NCBI GenBank assembly: GCA_002327235.1
Contig: DCUX01000008.1
Span: 62,845 to 126,844 of the forward strand
Direction of reading: 5' to 3'
Length of the DNA: 64,000 bases
Source of the DNA: Firmicutes bacterium UBA2203
Lineage (GTDB): Bacteria; Bacillota; Desulfotomaculia; Desulfotomaculales; Nap2-2B
Shown: one piece after another, positions 16,253-26,103 of the stretch
Layout of the letters: each line of letters starts with the position of its first letter
How positions within the stretch are numbered: position 1 is the first letter of the stretch
Notes under the pieces: generated by a model
What the model was told of the DNA's origin: nothing
Seen by the model: the letters and a program-made list of their open reading frames with translations, nothing else
Databases searched by the model: none
Translations under genes and position numbers: made by a program

Positions 16253-19200
16253 CTGAAGCTGAAGTTTAAAATCCAGCAGTTCCAGACGGACGCGGTCAAC
16301 GCTGTGGTGAACTGCTTCGCCGGGCAGCCCAACGGACAATCTCATTTCACTTTGGACCTGGGACAGCCAAACTCCGGCCCGCAGTTGGCCATCTCTTATG
16401 AAGTTGCCGGGTTCAGGAACAGGTCTGTCGAGCTCATGCCAGATGAGGTTTTTGATAATATTAAAAAAGTCCAGGCCAGAGGCGGCCTGAAAATATCTCC
16501 CAAATTAGAAGGGGAATATAACCTGACGGTGGAGATGGAGACGGGAACGGGGAAAACCTACGTCTATATCAAGACCATGTTTGAGTTGTTTGAAAGATAC
16601 GGCTGGGGCAAATATATCGTGGTAGTCCCTTCCATCGCCATCAGGGAAGGGGTTAAAAAGTCTTTTGAGATAACGGAAGAGCACTTTATGGAACAGTACG
16701 GCCGTAAGGCCCGCTATTTCATCTACAATTCCCGTCAACTCCACAAGATCGACCAGTTTGCCGGCGATCCGGGGATCAACGTCATGATTATCAATACTCA
16801 GGCCTTTAACGCCCGCGGCAAAGACGCCCGCAGGATTTACATGGAGCTGGACGAGTTTCAGTCCCGGATGCCCATAGACGTTATCGCTCAGACCAACCCC
16901 ATTTTAATCATCGACGAGCCCCAGTCGGTGGAAGGCGCAAAGACGGTAGAAGCGTTGAAGCTTTTTAAGCCTTTATTCACCGTCCGCTACTCGGCCACCC
17001 ACCGGCAGGAGTATAACAAGGTTTACCGGCTGGATGCCCTGGATGCTTACAATAAAAAGCTGGTTAAAAAGATCAATGTCAAGGGTGTTACCGTAAAGGG
17101 AACTACCGGGACTGACGGCTACCTCTATCTGGAAGGAATAGACCTCAGCCAGAAACACTATCCCCTGGCCCGCCTGGAATTTGAAAAAAGAAACCGCTCC
17201 GGCATCAGGCGGGAATTGAGGCGGGTTTCGGTAAACGACAACCTGTACGAATTGTCCGGCGGTCTCGAACAGTACAAAGGCTATGTTGTCTCCGAAATTA
17301 ACGGGGCTAAAAATACCATTAAATTTACCAACGGCGTTTCTCTATCCGCCGGGGATGTCCAAGGGGGACGTCAATGAACTGACCCTGCGCCGGATCCAGA
17401 TCCGGGAAACCATCAAGTCCCATCTGGAAAAAGAGCGGGATTTATTTTACCGGGGCATCAAGGTGCTCTCCCTGTTCTTTATTGACGAGGTGGCCAAATA
17501 CAGGCGGTATGGCCAGGACGGAAACAAGCTGAGCGGGGAATATGCCCGGATTTTTGAAGAAGAGTACCGGACATTAAGGGAGGAATATTTAAGAAATGCT
17601 GACGATAAAGACCGGTATGCCGGTTATTTAAGACAAATAGATGTGGAAAAGACCCATAACGGTTACTTTGCCATTGATAAACAGGGGCGGATGACCGATC
17701 CGAAAGTAAAGGCTAAAGAGACCGACTCGGAAGACGAGGACGCCTACAATTTGATTATGAAAGACAAGGAAAGGCTCTTAAGCTTTTCCGGGCCGACCCG
17801 CTTTATCTTTTCCCACTCAGCTTTAAAAGAAGGCTGGGATAACCCAAATGTCTTTCAAATCTGCACCTTAAAGCACAGCGACTCCACCATAAAAAAGCGG
17901 CAGGAAGTGGGAAGGGGACTTAGATTGTGCGTAAACCAGGACGGCGAAAGGATCGATGCTTCGGTGCCGGGTATTGATGTGCACCAGGTCAACGTCCTTT
18001 CTGTCATGGCCAGCGAGTCTTATGATACCTTTGCCCGGGAACTGCAAAAGGAAATCGCCGAAACTCTGTCCGACCGTCCCCGGAAGGCCGATATTCAATT
18101 TTTCCTGGATAATGTTCTGACCAATGAAAGGGAAGAAAAGGTCCAGATTGATGAACGGTTGGCCCGCAAGCTCTACCAGGTTTTTGTCAGAAACAGCTAT
18201 GTTGACGAAGAGGACAACCTGACGCAAGAATATTATCAAGCCGCGGAAAAAAAGGAGGTTGCCCTTCCTGAGGAATTAAAAAATCATAAACAGGCCGTGA
18301 TCGAGTTGGTTAGTGCTATTTACAACGAGAGCGCCTCCCCGATGGTTTATAACGAGCGGAACAAAAACGTGGATTTGAAGCTAAACGACAACTTTTATAA
18401 AATAGAGTTTCAAAAGCTTTGGAAGAAGATTAACGTCAAGACGGCATATACAGTCAAATTTGATACGGAAGAACTGGTGCAAAAGTGCATAAACGCCTTG
18501 GATAAACACTTAAAGATAGCGGATCTATCTTACCAGGTAAAGGGCGGAGTGTTGGAAACCATCAACTCTAAAGAGCAATTGGAAAAAGGCGAAGGTTTTG
18601 TAGTAAAAGAAGCAGAAACAGGCAAGGTGTATGGGGAAGTTACTTCGGAGGTGCGTTACGACCTGCCGGGCAAGCTCATGAGGGAAACGGGGCTGACCCG
18701 GAAAACCATCGTAAAAATCTTGACGGGGGTAAAACAAGAAACCTTTGCTCAATTTAAAAAGAATCCGGAAGATTTTATTTTAAGGACCGCCCGGATCATC
18801 AACGAAGAAAAGGCTACCACCATCATTGAACGGATTACGTACGATCCCACCAGCGAGACTTATGACACCAATATTTTTACTCAAAACACCTTGAAGGGCA
18901 TGCTGGGCGATAACGCCCTGCCGGTCAGCAAACATGTTTATGACTACGTGATTACAGATTCCAATACGGAAAGAAAGTTTGCCCGGGAACTGGAGGCAAG
19001 CCGGGAAGTCTGTGTCTATGCCAAACTGCCGAGAGGCTTTTTTATCCCGACGCCGGTTGGAAATTATAACCCCGACTGGGCTGTTGTGTTTGAAGAGAAT
19101 AAGGTTAGACACGTGTATTTCATTGCCGAAACCAAGGGCAGTATGGATTCCCTGGAACTAAGAAAAATTGAAGAAGCCAAAATATATTGCGCCAGAAAAC

Positions 19201-19280
19201 ACTTTGAGAAAATCAGCAATAACAGCGTCAAGTACGGCGTGGTTGAAAATTATGAGAGGTTATTGGAGATTGTGAGTTGA
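16253..19280 (+). pseudogene. res: Type III restriction enzyme Res subunit, frameshifted and without a canonical start
   Basis: Helicase motifs [10 protein letters not shown] and IIDEPQS, plus a C-terminal PD-(D/E)xK (NPDW...IAETKG). The two track ORFs (16304-17377, 17283-19280) join if one G is removed from GGGGG at 17363-17367. The N-terminus [15 protein letters not shown] begins at CTG 16253. Confidence 0.8.
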
Positions 19281-19430
19281 TAAAGAAACAGTCGAAAAAC
19301 CCCAGGTCTTTATTTTTAATCATATAACATTTAACGGTTTTCTAGCCTGTGAGTTTTCATTGACTTTAAGAAAAATTATTAATAAAATAGTTAAAACTTT
19401 TTAAACACCAAAAGGGGAGAGGGTAATTAA

Positions 19431-20618
19431 ATGGATAAAACTTACGCCGAAATTAACGCCAAAATTAAAGAAGGTAAGGCGGTGGTAGTAACCGCGGCCG
19501 AACTGATTGATCTGGTCGCCGAAAAGGGTTTAGCCCAAGCGGCTCGCGAAGTAGATGTAGTGACGACCGGCACTTTCGGGCCCATGTGTTCTTCGGGCGT
19601 CTTTTTAAATTTCGGCCATTCTGCTCCCCGCATAAAAATGCACCGGGTATGGTTAAATAATGTTCCTGCTTACTCCGGTATTGCTGCCGTAGATGCTTAT
19701 ATAGGGGCTACAGAAGTCCCGGAAGATGATCCTTTAAACAGTAACTATCCCGGCGAATTCCGGTACGGTGGGGGACACGTTATTCAGGATTTAGTTGCCC
19801 GCAAGCCTATCCACTTAAAAGCAACGGGTTACGGAACTGATTGTTACCCGCGCCGGGAAATTGAAACCACGTTCACTTTAGACGACATTAATGAAGCCGT
19901 ATTATTTAACCCCCGCAACGCTTACCAAAATTATAATTGTGCGGTTAATCTCAGTAACCGCATCATTTATACCTACATGGGCATCCTTAAACCAGGGTTA
20001 GGCAACGCCCATTATTCTACTTCCGGTCAATTAAGCCCTTTGCTTAAAGACCCATACTTTAAAACTATTGGCCTGGGTACCAGGATTTTTTTAGGAGGAG
20101 GCATTGGTTACGTAGCCTGGCATGGCACCCAACACTTTCCTTTTATTCAGCGAGAGGCGAACGGAAATGAATTGGGGCCTAACGGAGGAACCCTAATGGT
20201 AATTGGCGATTTAAAACAAATGAGCCCGCGCTGGCTGGTGGGAACCAGTTATTTAGGTTACGGAGCCACCTTAAGTGTTGGCATCGGCGTTCCTATTCCC
20301 ATTTTAAATGAAGAAATTGCCCGTCTTGCCGCCGCAAAAGACGAAGAACTATACGCCCCGGTGGTAGATTACGGGGAAGCTTACCCCAATCGCCTCCCAG
20401 GTAATTTGGGTTACGTAAGTTACGCCCAACTAAAATCGGGCAAAATAACGGTTAACGGTAAGGAAGTACCCACGGCCCCCTTGTCTAGTTACCCCCGGGC
20501 ATTGGAAATTGCCAGCTTGCTTAAAGAATGGATTCAAAAGGGAAGATTTTTATTAGCCGAACCCGTGCAACTGCTTCCTCCACCCACCGGTCAACCTGAG
20601 CCGGCAAAACTAAAATAA
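19431..20618 (+). CDS. COG1900-family homocysteine biosynthesis protein (L-aspartate-semialdehyde sulfurtransferase type)
   Basis: 395 aa. N-terminus ...VVVTAAEL...VDVVTTGTFGPMCSSG is typical of COG1900/DUF39. It is followed by its two known partner genes. Confidence 0.75.
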   Translation: MDKTYAEINAKIKEGKAVVVTAAELIDLVAEKGLAQAAREVDVVTTGTFGPMCSSGVFLNFGHSAPRIKMHRVWLNNVPAYSGIAAVDAYIGATEVPEDDPLNSNYPGEFRYGGGHVIQDLVARKPIHLKATGYGTDCYPRREIETTFTLDDINEAVLFNPRNAYQNYNCAVNLSNRIIYTYMGILKPGLGNAHYSTSGQLSPLLKDPYFKTIGLGTRIFLGGGIGYVAWHGTQHFPFIQREANGNELGPNGGTLMVIGDLKQMSPRWLVGTSYLGYGATLSVGIGVPIPILNEEIARLAAAKDEELYAPVVDYGEAYPNRLPGNLGYVSYAQLKSGKITVNGKEVPTAPLSSYPRALEIASLLKEWIQKGRFLLAEPVQLLPPPTGQPEPAKLK

Positions 20619-20630
20619 TAATAGAAAGGA

Positions 20631-21041
20631 ATGCAGGTCATGGCGCCTAAAAAAGTCGTCTTGCGCTTTAGCGCCGATATTGCTGATAAGCCTATTATTT
20701 ACCGGCTAGTCAAAGATTATGATTTAGTTATTAATATTCTTAAGGCTAACGTTAACCCGCAAAAAGAAGGGACTATGGTCCTGGAGGTTAGGGGTGATTT
20801 ATACGCCGCTGGTTTGGATTACTTGCGCCACCAGGGTGTATTAGTGCAAGATTTAACCCAGGAAATAGCTCGAAACGAAGATTTATGTACGGATTGCGGT
20901 GCCTGCACCGCCATTTGTCCCACCGGGGCCCTTTATTTAGAAAGGCCTTCCATGGAGGTACAATTTGACAGCGACGCTTGCGTAGTCTGCTATTTGTGTC
21001 TTAAAGCGTGTCCCGTGCGGGCAATGGAGGCCCGGTTTTAA
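20631..21041 (+). CDS. NIL-domain 2x[4Fe-4S] ferredoxin (homocysteine pathway partner)
   Basis: NIL domain (IIYRLVKDYDLVINILKANV..EGTMVLEV) followed by CTDCGACTAICP and CVVCYLCLKACP clusters. Confidence 0.8.
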   Translation: MQVMAPKKVVLRFSADIADKPIIYRLVKDYDLVINILKANVNPQKEGTMVLEVRGDLYAAGLDYLRHQGVLVQDLTQEIARNEDLCTDCGACTAICPTGALYLERPSMEVQFDSDACVVCYLCLKACPVRAMEARF

Positions 21042-21776
21042 TTGCCGGCCCGTAATTACCGCCGCCTTTACCGCCAAAAAGACCTGGTTCATTTTCAGGT
21101 AGTGGTAAAAGAAACTGACTTAGATATTGGTATTCGTCAGGAATGTTTTTCCCCTAAACTGGCAAGCTGGGTGCTCCGGTTAGTACGCAATTGCCGCACC
21201 CCTCTGGAAGAATACATTAAAAAAGACCAGTTTTTTTACGAAACTTTAAGTCCTTATACTCCAAAGAGTGATGCGCCACCCCTGGCACATAAAATGGCTC
21301 TGGCCGCCGGCAAAGCTAACGTTGGTCCCATGGCGGCGGTAGCCGGAGCCATTGCGGAAGAAGTTGGACAAGCCTTGCTTAAGCGAAGCAAAGAGGTTAT
21401 TGTAGAAAACGGAGGGGACATTTTTTTGCGCACCACCTGCCACCGTCAAATTGGTATTTTTGCCGGCCCATCCCCTTTTAGTTGCCGTTTGGCTATAGAA
21501 ATTACCCCTGAAGATACCCCCCTGGGCATCTGTACCTCCTCAGGTACGGTAGGTCATTCCTTAAGTTTTGGCCAGGCCGATGCCGTGATAATTATCTCTC
21601 CTTCTGCTGCCCTAGCGGACGCAGTAGCTACAGCGGCCGGAAATATTGTTCAAAATGAAGCCGATTTGCAAAAAGCAGTCAATTTTGCCGCCGGTATCCC
21701 TGAAGTAACCGGCGCCTTAGCTATTAAAGGGGACAAACTTGCCGCCCGGGGAAAAGTAAAAATAAAACCTCTTTGA
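21042..21776 (+). CDS. COG2122 / UPF0280 (ApbE-like) protein
   Basis: 244 aa. Glycine/alanine-rich GPMAAVAGAIAE and TSSGTVGHSLSFG segments are typical of UPF0280. Translationally coupled (TAATTG) to the ferredoxin gene. Confidence 0.6.
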   Translation: MPARNYRRLYRQKDLVHFQVVVKETDLDIGIRQECFSPKLASWVLRLVRNCRTPLEEYIKKDQFFYETLSPYTPKSDAPPLAHKMALAAGKANVGPMAAVAGAIAEEVGQALLKRSKEVIVENGGDIFLRTTCHRQIGIFAGPSPFSCRLAIEITPEDTPLGICTSSGTVGHSLSFGQADAVIIISPSAALADAVATAAGNIVQNEADLQKAVNFAAGIPEVTGALAIKGDKLAARGKVKIKPL

Positions 21777-21949
21777 TTTTTATTCTAATTAATATTTTAA
21801 TTAGAAAGAGGGGGGTAAAGAGGGGGGTGATGAATAGCGGTAAAAATGTAGCGGTAAAAATATGATGATAGAACAATAAGCTTAGAGCAAGACTACGGGA
21901 AATCTTATTCTCTAAAATTCTTCAAAATTCTTTAAAAAGGAGGTTTATT

Positions 21950-23233
21950 ATGTCTTCAAAAAAAGCATTTTCCCGCGTTTTTTTACCGGTATTAAGCGTT
22001 CTCATAGTTTTAATATTTGTTTCTTTAAGCTTTGCCGCCCCAAGTCCTTTTATGCCTTCCGCAAAAGGAGAAATCTGTGCTTCCGATCAAGTTCTGGTCA
22101 AATTTAAACCAGGAGCGACCAAAAACGATATAGAAAAAGTACATTTACAAAATAAGGGTAAAGTGAGCCAAATTATTCCAGATATAAATGTGCAAGTAGT
22201 TAAAGTAGATAAAAATAAAGTACTGGAAAAAGTATCCGCCTATCAGCGCAATCCTAACGTGGAATTTGCCGAACCTGATTATCTTGCCCGGGCAGTTTCT
22301 ATACCCAATGATGTTTACTTTAATTTACAATGGGGCCTTCACAACACCGGTCAAACCGGAGGCACCCCCGACGCTGACATTGACGCCCCGGAAGCCTGGG
22401 ATATAACTAAAGGGAGCAAAGAAATAAAAATTGCCGTTTTGGACACCGGCATTGACCAGGACCACGAAGACCTGGTCTCCAAAATTATGTCTAATAAAAA
22501 CTTTACCTCCAGTAAAACAGTAGACGATATGTTCGGCCACGGCACCCACGTGGCCGGGATTGCCGCGGCTAGGACCAACAATAATAAGGGAGTGGCCGGC
22601 ACCGGTTATAATTGTCCCCTGATGAATATTAAAGTGTTGGGGGATGATGGCAGCGGCAACTACAGCTGGGTGACCCAAGGCATAATTTGGTCAGTTGCTA
22701 AGAGGGCCAAAGTAATTAATATGAGCCTGGCCGGCGACCAGCCCTCAAAGACGCTTGAAATGGCCGTTGATTTTGCCTGGAGAAAAGGGGCCGTAATAGT
22801 GACCGCTGCAGGCAACGAAGGGTGTTCCACCCCAACTTACCCTGCTTTTTATCAAAACTGCATTGCGGTGGGAGCTACAGATGATAACGATACCAAGTCT
22901 TCCTTTTCCAACTATGGTGACTGGGTTGATCTTGCTGCCCCAGGGGGAGAGATAATTCCAGAACTGGGTATCTTCTTAGGTATCTACTCCACCACCCCAA
23001 ATCACGAAAGTTTTCTTAACCAATACGGTATAGCCCGTAACTACGATTATTTAATAGGTACTTCCATGGCCAGTCCTCACGTCGCAGGAATAGCCGCCCT
23101 GGTCATGTCTAAATACCCTGGAATAAACAACGTAAAGGTTAGAGAAAAAGTGGAAAAGGGAACCGACCCTGCAGCCGGTTTTGAACCGCCTGTCGGGCGG
23201 GCAAATGCCTATAAGGCTTTAGGGTTTGATTAA
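21950..23233 (+). CDS. Secreted subtilisin-like serine protease (S8) with I9-type propeptide
   Basis: Signal peptide. Catalytic triad contexts VLDTGID, HGTHVAG, GTSMASPHVAG. Confidence 0.9.
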   Translation: MSSKKAFSRVFLPVLSVLIVLIFVSLSFAAPSPFMPSAKGEICASDQVLVKFKPGATKNDIEKVHLQNKGKVSQIIPDINVQVVKVDKNKVLEKVSAYQRNPNVEFAEPDYLARAVSIPNDVYFNLQWGLHNTGQTGGTPDADIDAPEAWDITKGSKEIKIAVLDTGIDQDHEDLVSKIMSNKNFTSSKTVDDMFGHGTHVAGIAAARTNNNKGVAGTGYNCPLMNIKVLGDDGSGNYSWVTQGIIWSVAKRAKVINMSLAGDQPSKTLEMAVDFAWRKGAVIVTAAGNEGCSTPTYPAFYQNCIAVGATDDNDTKSSFSNYGDWVDLAAPGGEIIPELGIFLGIYSTTPNHESFLNQYGIARNYDYLIGTSMASPHVAGIAALVMSKYPGINNVKVREKVEKGTDPAAGFEPPVGRANAYKALGFD

Positions 23234-23312
23234 ACTTTGGCGAATAAATTTACCGAATAAATTTTGAGAAAATTTTTTCTCAAACGCCCTTAAAAACCTA
23301 TAGTCCCTTTAA

Positions 23313-23359
23313 ACTGGCAGCCCTTTTGTACTTCAATTTTAAGGGCCGCCAGTTTTTTT
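23313..23359 (+). terminator. Intrinsic terminator after the protease gene
   Basis: ACTGGCAGCCCTT / AAGGGCCGCCAGT stem (1 mismatch) followed by T7. Confidence 0.75.
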
Positions 23360-23501
23360 CCCTATTTTTAAGCCAGCATCATTTTCATAGGTTGTAAAAT
23401 TCTCTTAAATGGATTAAGAATTAATCCCAAAATTTCAAGGGTTACGACACCTAAAAGCGCTTCATCATCTGCTTCCCCAAGAATAACTATATTATAATTC
23501 T

Positions 23502-24299
23502 TTAAAAGGCAAAGGTAAAGCTGTCCAAAACTTTGCTCACCTGGCGTGAACGCAGAAAAGGATTAGTAACCCACGATTCAAAAAAGTATAAGGCCCCATT
23601 GGTAGGGTCATAACCATTTAAAGCGTCAAGAACGGCTCTCCTTGCTTCGTCATTGGCCGGCCGGTTAATCCAGCCGTTTAAAACCGGGGTAAACTGGTAG
23701 GCCCCTACTTCGTCAATATGATTAATTACCGCCGGTACACTTTTTGGAAATAAAGAACTGCCCAACCTGTTAAGCACCACAGCCGCAACGGCTACTTTAG
23801 TTTCATACGATTCCGAATCGGCTTCAGCGGTTACCAAACGAGCCATTAAATCAAAATCTGACCGGGAAACAGGAACGCTTTTGGTCATTAGTAAACCGCG
23901 GCTAGCCAGCGTCGAATATGTATTTTCCTCAATTGGGATATTTAAGAGTTGCCCCGGATAGATAACGGTCGAAGTAAGACCATTATCTTTCAGGATAGAT
24001 TGATAATCGATGCCGTAAAGCAGGCCGATAGTATATAATGTATCATTTGGCCGGACATAATAAGTAATTTTATCTTTTTCGGGAATAAGGAGTTTTTGAC
24101 CAGGGTAAATAAGGTCATGGCTTAAACCATTGGTAGTTTTTAGTGTTTCAAGAGGACATTGGTACCATTGAGCAATTAAACAAAGAGATTCTCCTTCACT
24201 TACCGTGTGGGTAGCGGCTGCAAGGCGTAAAGGGAAAGCAAAAATTAAGGATAGCAATACGGTCGCTATTAAACGGCGAGAGGAAAAGGATAAAACCAT
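23502..24299 (-). CDS. Cell-wall hydrolase with two LysM domains and a SleB/CwlJ-type (Hydrolase_2) catalytic domain
   Basis: Signal peptide. LysM repeats (HTVSEGESLCLIAQWY..., YYVRPNDTLYTIGLLYG...). C-terminal VAAVVLNRL....YQFTPV...YFF is typical of SleB. Confidence 0.8.
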   Translation of the reverse strand: MVLSFSSRRLIATVLLSLIFAFPLRLAAATHTVSEGESLCLIAQWYQCPLETLKTTNGLSHDLIYPGQKLLIPEKDKITYYVRPNDTLYTIGLLYGIDYQSILKDNGLTSTVIYPGQLLNIPIEENTYSTLASRGLLMTKSVPVSRSDFDLMARLVTAEADSESYETKVAVAAVVLNRLGSSLFPKSVPAVINHIDEVGAYQFTPVLNGWINRPANDEARRAVLDALNGYDPTNGALYFFESWVTNPFLRSRQVSKVLDSFTFAF

Positions 24300-24516
24300 T
24301 ATTTACCTCCTTAAATATAAAATGGTTTAATATATTTTGTTGATTATACTCATTACTATTTTTTAAGACAAGACTTAAAATATGGTAGAATTGGTTAGAA
24401 GAGTTATTAATTTTTAAGTTATGGATAGTTTTATCTTGTTTTAGCTTGCTTTTTTCCTATAAAGTTGTATAATTTGTACGGTTAAATAATGTAAAGTAAG
24501 GAAAAAGAGATAAAGG

Positions 24517-25209
24517 ATGACCGCAACCACTGAAAAGGCAAAAGAACAGGTTTTAAAAATAAGCTTACGCATGGTTGAAAACGCGTTAGTTACGGGTAAC
24601 TGGGGAAATTTTTCCGTTAGAATACCTCAAGAAAAGTTAATTGTAATAACCCCTGCCCTTCTACCGTACGGAACCTTACGAATCAAAGATATTATTATTT
24701 TAGACATAGAAGGACAAATAATAGAGGGGGTAGGTCCCCCTTCTAATGAGTTTTGTTTACATCAGTCTATTTATAAGGCTAGAGATGACGTAAACGCCAT
24801 AATGCATACCCATAGCGTTTTCGCCAGTGCCATGGCCGTGGCGCATAAGCCTATCCCTCCTATTTTAGAAGATTTGGCCCGGTATGTAGGGAGTGGAGTA
24901 CCGGTAGCCCCTTATGCCCGGGCAGGGACACCTGAATTAGCCCGCGCTGCCGTTGAAACTTTAGCCCAAAATAACGCCGTCATACTAGCCAACCACGGGG
25001 TAGTAGGGGTAGGACGAACGGCCCTTGAGTCGTTAATTGTTTGCCGGATAGTAGAAAAAGCAGCCAAGGTTTATTTGCTGGCTGACCTTATTGCCCGGCC
25101 GATGGTACTGGCCGGTGAAGATATTGATTTCCTGCGTCAGGACTACCTTTCCAAGTATGGTATTGATGATTTAAAGGAGTGCTTAGGGGGGGTCCTGCGC
25201 CATAAGTAA
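24517..25209 (+). CDS. Class II aldolase/adducin-family protein (FucA / Ald2 / MtnB-like)
   Basis: 230 aa. GNFSVR substrate-loop and HTHSVFASAMA metal-His motifs. Confidence 0.8.
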   Translation: MTATTEKAKEQVLKISLRMVENALVTGNWGNFSVRIPQEKLIVITPALLPYGTLRIKDIIILDIEGQIIEGVGPPSNEFCLHQSIYKARDDVNAIMHTHSVFASAMAVAHKPIPPILEDLARYVGSGVPVAPYARAGTPELARAAVETLAQNNAVILANHGVVGVGRTALESLIVCRIVEKAAKVYLLADLIARPMVLAGEDIDFLRQDYLSKYGIDDLKECLGGVLRHK

Positions 25210-25289
25210 ACATGGCTATATCTTTACTCTGGATTTTACTGAATTAAAGAAATAGCCATATTAAAGAAAATCTTTAGGAGGGATTTTTT

Positions 25290-26072
25290 ATGGATTGGGG
25301 TATGAAAAACCGGATGGCTCAACTTGTTCAAGCCGATGGCCATTGTTGTTTTTTGCCGGTTGACCACGGTTATTTTCAGGGGCCCACGCATAAGTTAGAA
25401 GAACCCTGGAAAACTATTGAACCTCTTCTTCCTTATGCCGACGCCCTCTTTATTACCAGGGGGGTGTTGCGCTCCTCGGTTGCTCCTGAAAAAACAAAAC
25501 CTATTATTCTCAGGGTATCCGGTGGAACCAGCGTAGTAGGAAAAGACTTGGCCCACGAAGGAATTACCACTTCCATGGAAGAGGCCATTCGCCTTAACGC
25601 AGCGGCGGTGGGTATTTCTATTTTTGTAGGAACAGATTACGAGCATGAATCCTTATTAAACCTGGCCAAACTGGTTGACGAAGGCGAAAAGTACGGTCTC
25701 CCGGTTATGGCCGTTACCGCCGTAGGCAAAGAACTGGAAAAACGTGACGCCCGTTACCTGGCCTTATGCTGCCGGATTGCGGCCGAATTAGGGGCCCGGC
25801 TGGTTAAAACTTATTATTGTGAAGAATTTGAAAAAGTTGTGCGCGGCTGCCCCGTCCCGGTGGTTATGGCCGGCGGCCCTCAAGTAGATACTGAACTTGA
25901 GGTATTTCAGTTTGTATACGACGGAATGCAAAAAGGAGCTATAGGGGTAAACCTGGGCCGGAATATCTGGCAAAATGATTTTCCGGTGGCCATGATTAAA
26001 GCTATCCGGGCTATTGTGCACGAAAATGCTTCGCCAAAAGAAGCGCAAGAAATATTCGAAAGCAATAAGTAG
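25290..26072 (+). CDS. Class I aldolase of the DhnA / LsrF / AroA' (ADH synthase) family
   Basis: 260 aa. FLPVDHGYFQGP, RVSGGTS, LVKTYY (Schiff-base Lys context), VVMAGGP, GRNIWQ and IVHENA segments align with my recollection of MJ0400-type proteins. Confidence 0.7.
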   Translation: MDWGMKNRMAQLVQADGHCCFLPVDHGYFQGPTHKLEEPWKTIEPLLPYADALFITRGVLRSSVAPEKTKPIILRVSGGTSVVGKDLAHEGITTSMEEAIRLNAAAVGISIFVGTDYEHESLLNLAKLVDEGEKYGLPVMAVTAVGKELEKRDARYLALCCRIAAELGARLVKTYYCEEFEKVVRGCPVPVVMAGGPQVDTELEVFQFVYDGMQKGAIGVNLGRNIWQNDFPVAMIKAIRAIVHENASPKEAQEIFESNK

Positions 26073-26103
26073 GACAAGCGTCCAAAAGGAGTGGTGATAA
26101 GTA

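Noticed and set aside
16505-19161. Track ORFs overlapping res on either strand (16505-16744, 16973-17158, 17868-18239, 18525-18752, 18780-19112, 18979-19161)
   Set aside because: Same GC-rich artefact. The Res frames explain the region with helicase and nuclease motifs.
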